Assembly (NCBI GenBank): GCA_947383145.1
Contig: CANDCH010000007.1
Coordinates: forward strand, 14,602-78,601
Source: an uncultured bacterium
GTDB lineage: Bacteria > Bacillota > Clostridia > Oscillospirales > Oscillospiraceae
DNA length: 64,000 nucleotides
Direction: 5' to 3'
Shown: piece by piece, positions 38,911 to 48,423 of the stretch
How the letters are laid out: each line of letters begins with the position of its first letter
Position numbering within the stretch: position 1 is the first letter of the stretch
The notes under the pieces: model-generated
Database searches by the model: none
Told to the model about the DNA's origin: nothing
What the model saw: the letters and a program-made list of their open reading frames with translations, nothing else
Program-made: the position numbers and the translations under genes

Positions 38911-39543
38911 ATGGAGCGGGGAAAGCTCATCGTGCTGGAGGGCATCGACGGCTCCGGCAAGAGCACCCAGACCGGCCCGCTGGCGGCGCGGCTGAGGGAG
39001 CTGGGCGTCCCCTGCCGGAGCACGCAGGAGCCCTCCGGCGGCCCTGTGGGCGCGCTGCTCCGGCAGATATCCTCCGGCCGGGTGGCCGCCGACCACCGGG
39101 TGACCGCCGCGCTGTTCACCGCCGACCGCATCGATCATCTGGTCAACGCGGTGGACGGCCTGTGCGCCGCCGTCGATCAGGGAATCTCCATCGTGTCCGA
39201 CCGCTACTACTTCTCCTCCTACGCCTACCAGAGCGTGGACGTGGACATGGAGTGGGTGATCCAGGCCAACGCCCTGTGCGCCCAGCTGCTGCGCCCCACC
39301 CTCACCGTATTCCTGGACGTGCCGGTGGAAACCGCCCTGGAGCGCATCCACAAAAACCGCGCCGTGAAAGAAATTTTCGAGCACGAGAACCGGCTGCGCC
39401 AGACCCGGGCGCTGTACTTCCAGGCCTTTGAGCGGCTGAAGGACACGGAGCGGGTGGCAGTGGTGGACGGCTCCGGCTCCCAGGAGCAGGTGGCCCAGCG
39501 CATCTGGGCGGCGGTGCGCCCATGCTTCTCTGAACCGCCGTAA
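38911..39543 (+). CDS. tmk: thymidylate kinase
   Basis: LEGIDGSGKST, EP, LFTADR, DRYYFSSYAYQ. Confidence 0.93.
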   Translation: MERGKLIVLEGIDGSGKSTQTGPLAARLRELGVPCRSTQEPSGGPVGALLRQISSGRVAADHRVTAALFTADRIDHLVNAVDGLCAAVDQGISIVSDRYYFSSYAYQSVDVDMEWVIQANALCAQLLRPTLTVFLDVPVETALERIHKNRAVKEIFEHENRLRQTRALYFQAFERLKDTERVAVVDGSGSQEQVAQRIWAAVRPCFSEPP

Positions 39544-39737
39544 AATCTTGGCGGATGTGCACAAAAACCATTTGCAAAAATTGGTGAAAAAAGAAATCTT
39601 CTCTTTCCACCGCTGAAAACTCTTTTCATTTCCTCCCAGATGTGTTAACATACTGTTAACGAGGGGTACGGCCCAGCGCGCCAGCGGGTCCGCGCCCCTC
39701 GCAAAACCCAATTTTTTTGAGAGGGAGGAATTGAGTA

Positions 39738-41216
39738 ATGTACAAGTTCCTGCAAAAGCTGGGCAAATCTCTGATGCTGCCCGTAGCGGCCCTTCCCATC
39801 TGCGGTATTCTGATGGGCCTGGGCTACGCCCTGGCCCCCGGCGTCATGGGCGTGCCGGGCGCGCCCACCAGCGGCGCGGCGTACATCGTGGGCTTCCTGC
39901 TGGTGAAGGCCGGCGGCGCCCTCATCGACAACATGCACTGGCTGTTCGTCATCGGCGTGGCCGTGGGCATGGCCGACGATAAGGACGGCACCTCCGCCCT
40001 GGCCGGCCTGGTCAGCTTCCTGATGATGAAAACCCTGCTGTCCGAGGGCGTGGTCACCACCCTGATCCCCGCCATCGCCGACGACAAGGTCCGCCTGCTG
40101 GCCTTCCAGAAGTTCGAGAATGTGTTCCCCGCCATCCTGGCCGGCCTCATCGGCGCGTTCTGCTACAACAAGTTCAAGAACACCAAGCTGCCTGACTGGC
40201 TGGCCTTCTTCAGCGGCAAGCGCTGCGTGGCCATCGTCACCGCCGTGGTGTCCATCGGCGCCTCCGTCATTCTGCTGTTCGTGTGGCCCATCATCTTCGG
40301 CGCCCTGGTGGCCGTGGGCAACGGCATCAAGGGGCTGGGCTATGTGGGCGTCGGCGTCTACACCTTCCTGAACCGCCTGCTCATCCCCACCGGCCTGCAC
40401 CACGCCCTGAACAACGTGTTCTGGTTCGACACCATCGGCATCGGCGACCTGCAGGCCTACTGGAATCCCACCAGTGAGCTGGCTCAGAACGCCAACTGGT
40501 CCATCGGTATGTACATGGCCGGCTTCTTCCCCTGCATGATGTTCGGCGTGGCCGGCGCCGCCACCGGCATTGTCCGCGCCGCCAAGAATAAGAAGGCCGC
40601 CATCGGCATCGTGCTGTCTGCCGCCGTCTGCGCCTTCATCTGCGGCGTCACCGAGCCCTTCGAGTTCGCCTTCATGTTCACCGCGTTCCCCCTGTACGTG
40701 GTCTACGCCCTGCTGTACGGCATTTTCGCCGCCGTCACCGCCGCCCTGGGCTTCCGCGCGGGCTTCATGTTCTCCGCCGGCGCCACCGACCTGGTGTTCT
40801 CCGCCTCCCTGCCCGCCGCCAACAACACCCTGCTGATCATCCCCATCGGCCTCGTGGCCTTTGCGGTGTTCTTCCTGGTGTTCTACTTCGCCATCAAGCG
40901 GTTCAACCTCAAGACCCCCGGCAACGAGGATGAGGACGCCGAGGCCGAGGAGGCCAAGATCGTCCTGGCCAACAACGACTTCACCAGCATCGCCTCCGGC
41001 GTGCTGGCGGCCATCGGCGGCAAGGAGAACGTGTCTGCGGTGGATTACTGCACCACCCGCCTGCGCTTCGAGATCAAGGACTACACCGCCGTCAACGAGA
41101 AGGCCATCAAGGCCGCGGGCGCGGCCGGCGTCATCCGTCCCAGCAAAACCGCCTGCCAGGTCATCATCGGCCCGAAGGTCCAGTTCGTGTACGACGAGCT
41201 GAAGAAGATGATCTGA
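39738..41216 (+). CDS. nagE: PTS EIICB, N-acetylglucosamine-type
   Basis: LQKLGKSLMLPVA, FFSGKR, NRLLIPTGLHH, GVTEPFEF, YCTTRLR. Confidence 0.9.
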   Translation: MYKFLQKLGKSLMLPVAALPICGILMGLGYALAPGVMGVPGAPTSGAAYIVGFLLVKAGGALIDNMHWLFVIGVAVGMADDKDGTSALAGLVSFLMMKTLLSEGVVTTLIPAIADDKVRLLAFQKFENVFPAILAGLIGAFCYNKFKNTKLPDWLAFFSGKRCVAIVTAVVSIGASVILLFVWPIIFGALVAVGNGIKGLGYVGVGVYTFLNRLLIPTGLHHALNNVFWFDTIGIGDLQAYWNPTSELAQNANWSIGMYMAGFFPCMMFGVAGAATGIVRAAKNKKAAIGIVLSAAVCAFICGVTEPFEFAFMFTAFPLYVVYALLYGIFAAVTAALGFRAGFMFSAGATDLVFSASLPAANNTLLIIPIGLVAFAVFFLVFYFAIKRFNLKTPGNEDEDAEAEEAKIVLANNDFTSIASGVLAAIGGKENVSAVDYCTTRLRFEIKDYTAVNEKAIKAAGAAGVIRPSKTACQVIIGPKVQFVYDELKKMI

Positions 41217-41309
41217 TCCCTCCGCGCGGATTCCCTTACCGAGAAAACTGCCGTGGGCGGGCCCCGAGCCCGCCCACGGCCCTTATGCTGAGGAAAGGAA
41301 GATACTGAC

Positions 41310-41825
41310 ATGGGATTTTTCGACAAGTTGAAAAAGGGCCTCCTGGGCGAGGAGGCCGCCCCCGCCGCCGAAGCGCTGTCCGTGGGCGCGGTGGCCAAGG
41401 GCAGCGCCATCCCCATGGCTGACATCCCCGACGCCGCGTTCAGCCAGGGCTTTGTGGGCTTCTGCTGCGGCATCGAGCCGGAGGACAGCAAGGTGTACGC
41501 CCCGGTGGATGGCACCGTCAGCCAGGTGCCCGACACCCTCCACGCCGTGGGCATCGAGAGCCAGGGCATGGAGCTGCTGGTCCACTGCGGCGTGGACACC
41601 GTGGATATGAAGGGCCAGGGCTTCACCATGCTGGTGAAGGAGGGCCAGGAGGTGAAAAAGGGCGATCCCGTCATCGTCATGGACCTTGAGGCAATCAAGG
41701 CGGCGGGCCACCCCACCACCATCATCACCGCCGTCACCAACTCCGACGATTTCGCCAAGGTGGAGCCGGACAAGACAGGCCCCGTCCAGGTGGGGGACTG
41801 CGTGCTGAAGGTAACCAAAAAGTGA
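41310..41825 (+). CDS. PTS EIIA, glucose family
   Basis: DIPDAAFSQ, APVDG, HAVGI, LLVHCGVDTV. Confidence 0.9.
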   Translation: MGFFDKLKKGLLGEEAAPAAEALSVGAVAKGSAIPMADIPDAAFSQGFVGFCCGIEPEDSKVYAPVDGTVSQVPDTLHAVGIESQGMELLVHCGVDTVDMKGQGFTMLVKEGQEVKKGDPVIVMDLEAIKAAGHPTTIITAVTNSDDFAKVEPDKTGPVQVGDCVLKVTKK

Positions 41826-41892
41826 GCTCAGGCGCGTCCCGCTGGGGGCGCGCCTCTCAAGCATATTTGACGACAGAAAGGAATGGTTCGAC

Positions 41893-42657
41893 ATGGGACG
41901 TTTAGAGGGTAAGGCCGTTATCGTCACCGGCGGCAACTCCGGCGTGGGCGCGGCCACCGCCATGCTCTTTGCCAAGGAGGGGGCCAAGGTGGTCATCAGC
42001 GCCCGCCGCCAGGCCCAGCTGGAGGACGTGGCCGCCAAAATCCGCGCGGCGGGCGGCGAGGTGCTCCCCGTGGTCACCGACATCTCCAAGGCGGAGGACG
42101 CCAGGAACCTGGTGGCCAGGACGGTGGAGGCCTATGGCAAGGTGGACGTGCTGGTGAACAACGCCGGCGTACTGGAGGAGGGTCTGAAGCCCATCGACCG
42201 GCTGTCCGACGAGGACCTGGACCGCATTCTGGGCATCAACGCCAAGGGCACCATGTACTGTATGCGGGAGGCCCTGGCCGAGATGAAGAAGGCCAATTAT
42301 GGCTCCATCGTCAACGTGGCCTCCGTGGCGGGCGTCATGGGCTGCGGCGGCGCGGCCTACGTGTCCTCCAAGGCGGCCATCGTGGGCGTCACCCGCCACA
42401 CCGCTCTGCGCTTCGCGGGCACCGGCATCCGCTGCAACGCGGTGTGCCCCGGCTCCATCGCCACCCCCATGGTGGCCAACATGCGCCCCGACAACCAGGA
42501 CCCGGACATGTTCGGCCAGATGGCCAAGCACTCCGACATGCGGGTGGGCGTGTGCATGCCCGACGACGTGGCCAACATCATCCTGTTCTTCGCCAGCGAC
42601 GAGTCCCGGGCCATCACCGGCCAGGCCATCGTCTCCGATTTCGGCAGCACCCTGTAA
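41893..42657 (+). CDS. SDR-family oxidoreductase
   Basis: TGGNSGVG, LVNNAG, YVSSK, IRCNAVCPG. Confidence 0.93.
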   Translation: MGRLEGKAVIVTGGNSGVGAATAMLFAKEGAKVVISARRQAQLEDVAAKIRAAGGEVLPVVTDISKAEDARNLVARTVEAYGKVDVLVNNAGVLEEGLKPIDRLSDEDLDRILGINAKGTMYCMREALAEMKKANYGSIVNVASVAGVMGCGGAAYVSSKAAIVGVTRHTALRFAGTGIRCNAVCPGSIATPMVANMRPDNQDPDMFGQMAKHSDMRVGVCMPDDVANIILFFASDESRAITGQAIVSDFGSTL

Positions 42658-42702
42658 GCAAAAACAGGCGGCTTTCCACTGGAAAGCCGCCTGTTTTTGC
42701 TT
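42657..42702. terminator. bidirectional intrinsic terminator
   Basis: AAGCAAAAACAGGCGGCTTTCCA/TGGAAAGCCGCCTGTTTTTGCTT perfect inverted repeat. Confidence 0.85.
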
Positions 42703-42704
42703 CA

Positions 42705-42864
42705 AGAAGCACTGATTAAATGCGCCTGCGGCGCTTTGTGAATCTTTTTCACCACAGCTTCGTTGTGATTTCTTGAAATAAACACAATTATTCCTGCGAA
42801 ATCACGCCTCACTGTGGCGAAAAATCTCTCGCAAATCGCTCTTGTCGATTGAATCAGTCCTTCC
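42705..42864 (-). mobile_element. MITE copy 2 (160 bp, inverted relative to copy 1)
   Basis: Same TIRs and core GCAGGAATAATTGTGTTTATTTCAAGAAATC; TTCA on both flanks. Confidence 0.85.
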
Positions 42865-42865
42865 T

Positions 42866-43300
42866 TCAAGAGGGGAGCTCCCGCCCGCACTTGGGGCAGT
42901 AGCGGAAATCCCCCTGGAGCGCCGCGCCGCAGTAGGGGCAGAACCCCGCGCCGCCCCTTGGGGGCTGGGACCGCTCGGGGCGGTCCCAGGGCTCCCCGCC
43001 CTTCACCCAGCGCTGCCCCGGGTCTCCCTCTTCCCCGTCCTCGGTGATGTCGAACTCAGAATAGCGGTCCCTGCCGGTGGCGTTTTTGTAGTGGTACATG
43101 GCGCGGACGACGCCCTGGATGATGAAGATCACGCCAAACAGGGGAAGCACCAGCCCGATCAGGCCAAACCCGCCGGCGGAGGCGGTTCCCAAACCCATGA
43201 CAAGGGCAATGATGGTCCACACCACGCCGAAGGCGATGCTCCCGATATCGCTCAAAAAATTCATGCCGGAGGGCCCCCGGCCCGGCTTAACGCTCTTCAT
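42866..43300 (-). CDS. membrane protein with C-terminal zinc ribbon
   Basis: MKSVKPGRGPS, 2 TM, FCPYCG..YCPKCG. Confidence 0.85.
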   Translation of the reverse strand: MKSVKPGRGPSGMNFLSDIGSIAFGVVWTIIALVMGLGTASAGGFGLIGLVLPLFGVIFIIQGVVRAMYHYKNATGRDRYSEFDITEDGEEGDPGQRWVKGGEPWDRPERSQPPRGGAGFCPYCGAALQGDFRYCPKCGRELPS

Positions 43301-43359
43301 GGAACAGCCCCTTTCCACATGTTTTGCGCAGGGGCGGCCCCGCCGGGGCCGCCCCTCTT

Positions 43360-43542
43360 TTACGCTTCCCGCTCAAAAATCAGGTCGATCCGGGTCATGA
43401 CGCCGTTGGTGACATCCAGGGGCATCCAGCCCACAAACCGCCAGCCCTGGGCGGCCTCCCGGTCGATGACCTCCCGGTAGTTCTGGAACCCGGCGAAGAT
43501 CCAGCCCTCCCGCTCCACGGAGACGTATTTGTACTCGTACAC
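43360..43542 (-). CDS. small DUF4177-like protein
   Basis: YEYKYV..EAAQGWRFV..LIFER; GAGGAGG RBS before GTG. Confidence 0.75.
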   Translation of the reverse strand: MYEYKYVSVEREGWIFAGFQNYREVIDREAAQGWRFVGWMPLDVTNGVMTRIDLIFEREA

Positions 43543-43553
43543 GGCGCGCCTCC

Positions 43554-43781
43554 TCATTTCGCCTTCGCGTCAAAGACGGTCAGGCGGTTGCAGGTCCGGC
43601 AGTACCACGCCTCCGCCGTTCCCTCAAAGCTCCTGGTCAGGCGAAAGCCGCCCCGCCGCTCCAGCCCGTGCGCGGTGGTGAAAAAGCCCGCCTTTTCCCC
43701 GTTGGGGCACCAGAATATGGGGTCGCGGGGGGAGATGATATTCCCAGCCTCCAGCCCGCCGTGACAATACGGGCACTCCAC
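43554..43781 (-). CDS. small zinc-ribbon protein (PF20097-like)
   Basis: CPYC..G.I..AWYCRTC. Confidence 0.75.
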   Translation of the reverse strand: MECPYCHGGLEAGNIISPRDPIFWCPNGEKAGFFTTAHGLERRGGFRLTRSFEGTAEAWYCRTCNRLTVFDAKAK

Positions 43782-43785
43782 GGCC

Positions 43786-44775
43786 TTACTTCTTGGGCTG
43801 GTTGGGCTCCACGGTGTCGAACACGCTCTTGGCGCTGGCGCACAGCCCCGCCAGCCCCTGGAGCTCGCTGGGGATGATGATCTTGGTGGCCCGGCCGTCG
43901 GCGGCCTTGGCGAAGGCCTCCAGCGCCCGGATCTTGATGACGCCGTCGCCGGGGTCCGCCGCGTTGATGAGCTTGATGGCGTCGGCGGTGGCCTGCTGCA
44001 CCTTCATGATGGCCTCGGACTCGGCCTCGGCGGCCAGAATCTTGGCGGTCTTTTCCGCCTCGGCCTCCATGATCTTGGCCTGCTTGGCGGCGTCGGCCCG
44101 GAGGATGGCGGACTGCTTCTCGCCCTCGGCCACCAGAATCTGGGACTGCTTCTGGCCCTCGGCCTGGAGGATGGCCTCGCGGCGCTCGCGCTCCGCCCGC
44201 ATCTGCTTCTCCATGGACTCCTGGATGTCCCGGGGCGGCATGATATTTTTCAGCTCCACCCGGTTCACCTTGATGCCCCAGGGGTCTGTGGCCTCGTCCA
44301 GGATGGCCCGCATCTGGGTGTTGATGTGGTCCCGGCTGGTGAGGGACTGGTCCAGCTCCAGATCGCCGATGATGTTGCGCAGGGTGGTGGCGGTGAGGTT
44401 CTCAATGGCGCTCATGGGGTGCTCCACGCCGTAGGTGTACAGCTTGGGGTCGGTGATCTGGAAGTAGAGCACGGTGTCGATCTGCATGGTGACGTTGTCC
44501 TTGGTGATGACGGGCTGGGGGTCGAAGTCCACCACCTGCTCCTTGAGGGACACGGTCTTGGCCACCCGCTCGATGAAGGGGACCTTCAGGTGCAGGCCCA
44601 CCCCCCACACGGTGCGGAAGGCGCCCAGCCGCTCGATAACCACGGCCTTGGACTGCTGGACCACCTTGATGTTGGCGGCCAGGATGCCCAGCACGATGAC
44701 GATGATGAGCAGGACGATGACGGGGCCCACCAGATTGCCCAGCCCGACGGCTCCGGCCAGTGCGAAAGTTTTCAT
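43786..44775 (-). CDS. SPFH/band-7 protein (QmcA-like)
   Basis: VIERLG, QPVITKDNV, TTLRNIIG, MEKQMRAERERR. Confidence 0.95.
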   Translation of the reverse strand: MKTFALAGAVGLGNLVGPVIVLLIIVIVLGILAANIKVVQQSKAVVIERLGAFRTVWGVGLHLKVPFIERVAKTVSLKEQVVDFDPQPVITKDNVTMQIDTVLYFQITDPKLYTYGVEHPMSAIENLTATTLRNIIGDLELDQSLTSRDHINTQMRAILDEATDPWGIKVNRVELKNIMPPRDIQESMEKQMRAERERREAILQAEGQKQSQILVAEGEKQSAILRADAAKQAKIMEAEAEKTAKILAAEAESEAIMKVQQATADAIKLINAADPGDGVIKIRALEAFAKAADGRATKIIIPSELQGLAGLCASAKSVFDTVEPNQPKK

Positions 44776-44811
44776 TTGACTACCTCCTCAGATATGTTGA
44801 TGTGTCTTTGC

Positions 44812-45288
44812 TTACCACGTTTTGTGCTCGCCGGGGGCGGCGGGGACGGAGATGGGCTCCACAAACACCTTGACCCCCTCGATGCGCAGGACGCGCACCA
44901 TGGTCCCGGCGGCGATGGCCCCGCCGTCCTCGCTGCGGGCGGACCAGGTCATCCCCCGGATGACCACGGCCCCCTTGCCGTGGACGTTGTCCACGTCCTC
45001 AATGACCTGGGCCTCCTCGCCGATGACCCGGTCGGCGTTGGTGGGCTCCACCCTGCTGTTCAGGTGCCGCTTGGCCAGGGGCCGCACCGCCGCCAGACAA
45101 AGCAGGCTGACCGCGAAAAACAGGGTGAGCTGAATCCACAGCGGCCCGCCAAGCAGGGCGGCGACGAGGGCCGCCAGCGCCCCGGCGGCAAACCAGATGG
45201 AGGTGAGCCCCACGGTGGCGGCCTCCGTGGCGGCAAACACCACCAGCAGGACCAGCCATGCGATCTGCATAATTGATTCAAAAGGCAT
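44812..45288 (-). CDS. NfeD-family protein
   Basis: TM region plus OB fold (TNADRVIG, WSARS, VLRIEGVK); AAGGAG RBS. Confidence 0.9.
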   Translation of the reverse strand: MPFESIMQIAWLVLLVVFAATEAATVGLTSIWFAAGALAALVAALLGGPLWIQLTLFFAVSLLCLAAVRPLAKRHLNSRVEPTNADRVIGEEAQVIEDVDNVHGKGAVVIRGMTWSARSEDGGAIAAGTMVRVLRIEGVKVFVEPISVPAAPGEHKTW

Positions 45289-45441
45289 ACGCTGCACTCC
45301 TTTCTCAGCTTCCAACTCATTGTATCACAACATCCTGCCGGGGAAAAGAAGTTTTTCGCGCCGCGCTCATATTATTGTTGCCAGCGCTTCCATTTTACAT
45401 TATACTATGGTTTGTAAAGTCCTTCCCCTCCCTGTGACATA

Positions 45442-45472
45442 ATACTACACCTTCCATCAAATGTAAAGTCAA
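45442..45472 (-). promoter_or_regulatory. MerR-type promoter with 19-bp spacer
   Basis: TTGACT-N19-TAGTAT overlapping ACTTTAC-N7-GGAAGGT. Confidence 0.5.
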
Positions 45473-45504
45473 GGGTTTTTTAAAAAATATTTGCGGAGTA
45501 TATT

Positions 45505-46641
45505 ATGGATCAAACATTGCAGTTCGTCATACCCGCCCTGATGGGCGTGGAGAGCACCGTGGCCTATGAGCTGAAAAAGCTGGGCCTGGCCCAGGTCCGC
45601 GCGGAAAACGGCCGGGTGCTGTGCCGGGGAACCCCGGCGGACATCCCCCGGCTCAATCTGAACCTGCGCTGCGGCGCACGGGTGCTGCTGTCCCTGGGGT
45701 CCTTTCAGGCCCGCTCTTTTGAGGAGCTGTTCCAGGGCTGCGCCGCCCTGCCCTGGGAGGATTTCATCCCCCGGGAGGGCCGCTTCCCGGTGAAGGGCTA
45801 CTCGGTGAGCTCCCAGCTCCACTCGGTGCCCGCCTGCCAGTCCATCCTGAAAAAGGCGCTGTGCAAAAGGCTGGGGCAGGTCTACGGTCTGGAGACGCTG
45901 CCCGAGACGGGAACCTTATACCAGGTGCAGTTCTCCATTTTGAAGGATACAGCCACTCTAATGTTGGACACCTCCGGGGACAGCCTGTACAAACGGGGCT
46001 ATCGGGCCCACAACATGGGCGCGCCCCTGCGGGAGACCCTGGCGGCGGCGCTGGTGTCCCTGTCCCGGTACCGGGGCCGGGATCCCTTCTGCGACCCCTT
46101 CTGCGGCTCGGGCACCATCCCCATCGAGGCGGCCCTCATCGCCAAAAACCGGGCCCCGGGTCTGAACCGCTCCTTTGCCGCCCAGAAGTGGGGCTGGCTC
46201 CCCTCCAGCCTGTGGATGGACGCCGCCGAGGAGGCCATGGACCGCGAGTTCCACGGCGCCTACGACATCTGGGGCGGGGACATCGACCCCGCCGCCGTGG
46301 AGTTGTCCCGGCACAACGCCCAGCTGGCCGGGGTGGAGGACACGGTGCGGTTCGACGTGGCGGACGCCGTAAAATTCCGCCGGGAGGAGCCCAGGGGCCG
46401 GGTGGTATCCAACCCGCCCTACGGGGAGCGGCTGCTGGAGAAAAAAGAGGCGGAGGACCTCTACCGCGCCTTCGGAAAGGCGGCCCGGACCCTGCCCCCC
46501 GGCTGGGAGGTGGACGTGCTCTCCTCCCACACGGAGTTTGAGCGGGCCTTCGGCAAACCGGCGGACAAAAAGCGGAAGCTGTACAACGGCATGATAAAAT
46601 GTGATTTATTTATGTATGGAAGAAGCGCGAAGCCGTCGTGA
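45505..46641 (+). CDS. THUMP-domain RNA methyltransferase (YpsC/RlmL-like)
   Basis: DTSGDSLYKRGYR, APLRETLAA, DPFCGSGTIPIEAA, NPPYGER. Confidence 0.93.
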   Translation: MDQTLQFVIPALMGVESTVAYELKKLGLAQVRAENGRVLCRGTPADIPRLNLNLRCGARVLLSLGSFQARSFEELFQGCAALPWEDFIPREGRFPVKGYSVSSQLHSVPACQSILKKALCKRLGQVYGLETLPETGTLYQVQFSILKDTATLMLDTSGDSLYKRGYRAHNMGAPLRETLAAALVSLSRYRGRDPFCDPFCGSGTIPIEAALIAKNRAPGLNRSFAAQKWGWLPSSLWMDAAEEAMDREFHGAYDIWGGDIDPAAVELSRHNAQLAGVEDTVRFDVADAVKFRREEPRGRVVSNPPYGERLLEKKEAEDLYRAFGKAARTLPPGWEVDVLSSHTEFERAFGKPADKKRKLYNGMIKCDLFMYGRSAKPS

Positions 46642-46661
46642 GCAGCGCGGACAGTCCTAAT

Positions 46662-46770
46662 GGAGTCCCCGCAAAGCCGCCTTTTGGCTTTGCGGGGAGA
46701 GGAGAAGCAAGGGAGCGAGCGCAGTTTTCGCCAAAGGCGGAAAGGTCGCTGAGCGGACTTTGCTTCGACG
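46662..46770. repeat. intergenic structured repeat
   Basis: CCCCGCAAAGCC..GGCTTTGCGGGG hairpin then GAAGCAA..TTGCTTC stem; similar layout to the tRNA-adjacent element. Confidence 0.5.
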
Positions 46771-46841
46771 AAAGCCGCGCGTCGCGAACAGGCGGAGCGC
46801 GACAACTGCGCGGGAGATTAAAGAGAGAACGAGGCGCGAGT

Positions 46842-47753
46842 ATGAAACACATTTTCATCATCAATCCCTCGGCGGGAAAGAAGCGGAGCACCCAGGCGCT
46901 GGTGGACCAGATCCAGGCGCTGGACCTGACCTGTGAGATCGTGTTCACCGAGAAAGCGGGGGATGCCCGCGCCGCCGCGCGGGCGGCGGCGGAGAGCGGC
47001 CAGGATGTGCGCATCTACGCCTGCGGCGGGGACGGCACCCTCAACGAGGCGGTCAACGGCATGGCGGGCTGTGCCAACGCCGCCGTCACCAACGTGCCCA
47101 CCGGCACCGGCAACGACTTCCTCAAAATCTTCGGGCGGGAGAACAAGGCCCGGTTCACCGACCTGCGGGCCCTGGCGGAGGGCCCCCAGGCCGCCATGGA
47201 CCTGATCGACTGCAACGGCCGCCTGGGCATCGACATCGTGTGCACCGGCCTGGACGCCCGGGTGGCCGTGGACAAGGACAAGTACAACGGCTTCCCCCTG
47301 GTGTCCGGCATCGGGGCCTACGCCATCTCCGCCGTGGCCAACGTACTGTTCAAGGGCATCTCCCAGCCCGTGGTGGTGGATATGGAGAACTACCACTACG
47401 AGGGGGAGGCCACCATCATCTGCGTGTGCAGCGGCCGCTACTACGGCGGGGGCTTCATGCCCGTGGGGGACAATATGCCCGACGACGGCCTGCTGGAGAC
47501 GCTGGTGGTGCGCAAGGTGGACCGGCTCACCTTCTTCCGCCTGGTGGGGGAGTACGGCAGGGGCCGGTACGCCCGGTATCCCAACCTGATCCAATACGGC
47601 CAGGGAAAGGGCGTCGCCGTCCGAAGCTCCCAGGAGCTGGTGGCGGTGGTGGACGGCGAGCCGCTGCGGGCCAAAGAGCTGCGCATCGGCCTGTCGGACA
47701 AAAAGGCGAACTTCTTCTACCCGGCGGGGCTGGACTACCGGCCAAACGCATAG
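46842..47753 (+). CDS. diacylglycerol/lipid kinase (YegS/BmrU family)
   Basis: IINPSAG, GGDGT, PTGTGNDF, YYGGG, DDG, VDGE. Confidence 0.92.
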   Translation: MKHIFIINPSAGKKRSTQALVDQIQALDLTCEIVFTEKAGDARAAARAAAESGQDVRIYACGGDGTLNEAVNGMAGCANAAVTNVPTGTGNDFLKIFGRENKARFTDLRALAEGPQAAMDLIDCNGRLGIDIVCTGLDARVAVDKDKYNGFPLVSGIGAYAISAVANVLFKGISQPVVVDMENYHYEGEATIICVCSGRYYGGGFMPVGDNMPDDGLLETLVVRKVDRLTFFRLVGEYGRGRYARYPNLIQYGQGKGVAVRSSQELVAVVDGEPLRAKELRIGLSDKKANFFYPAGLDYRPNA

Positions 47754-47811
47754 CGGAACCAAAGCGCGGGGGCGGCCCCGCGCTTTTTTACGGAAAATTT
47801 CCGCCTTCCCC

Positions 47812-47838
47812 GTAACCAAACCGGCCCGTTTCCGTATA
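47812..47838 (+). promoter_or_regulatory. ECF-type autoregulatory promoter
   Basis: GTAACC-N15-CGTATA after a terminator (47761-47789) and before the ECF gene. Confidence 0.55.
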
Positions 47839-47883
47839 TACTGGCAGAAGCACCTGTACAGAGGTTTCAAGGAGGACGCCGCC

Positions 47884-48423
47884 ATGGACGAGAGGGCGCT
47901 GGCGCAAAAATTGAAAAGGCACAGCCGCAGCGCCCTGGACCGGGCCATCCAGCGCTACACCCCCTATGTCAGCGCGGTGATCCTCCGCGCCCTGGCGGGC
48001 CGGGCCTGCCGGGAGGACGTGGAGGAGCTGTGCGCCGACGTGTTCACGGCCCTGTGGTTTCATGCCGGAGAGCTGGACCCGGAGCAGGGCCTGCGGCCCT
48101 GGCTGGCGGCGGTGGCCCGGAACAAGGCCACCGACTGGCTGCGCCGCCAGCGCCCCGCCTCCCCCCTCCCGGAGGAGGCCCCGGACCCCGCCCCCGGCCC
48201 GGAGGAGCAGGCCCAGCGGCGGGAGCGGTCCCGGCGGCTGTGGGCGGCGGTGGACGGGCTGGGCGAGCCGGACCGAACCCTGTTCGTCCGCTACTACTAC
48301 GAGGGGGACAAGCTGAAAACCATCGCGGCGGAGCTGGGCCTGAGCCAGACCGCCGCCAAGCAGCGGCTGTTCCGGGGCCGGAAGGCCCTGCGGGCCGCGC
48401 TGGAAGGAGCGGAAACACCGTGA
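47884..48423 (+). CDS. ECF sigma factor
   Basis: EDVEELCADVF, WLAAVARNKA, IAAELGLS..KQRLFRGR. Confidence 0.92.
   Translation: MDERALAQKLKRHSRSALDRAIQRYTPYVSAVILRALAGRACREDVEELCADVFTALWFHAGELDPEQGLRPWLAAVARNKATDWLRRQRPASPLPEEAPDPAPGPEEQAQRRERSRRLWAAVDGLGEPDRTLFVRYYYEGDKLKTIAAELGLSQTAAKQRLFRGRKALRAALEGAETP

Noticed and set aside
46638..46841. N-terminal extension of the lipid kinase (ORF starting at 46638)
   Set aside because: It runs through the structured repeat; the family N-terminus MKHIFIINP with an RBS starts at 46842.
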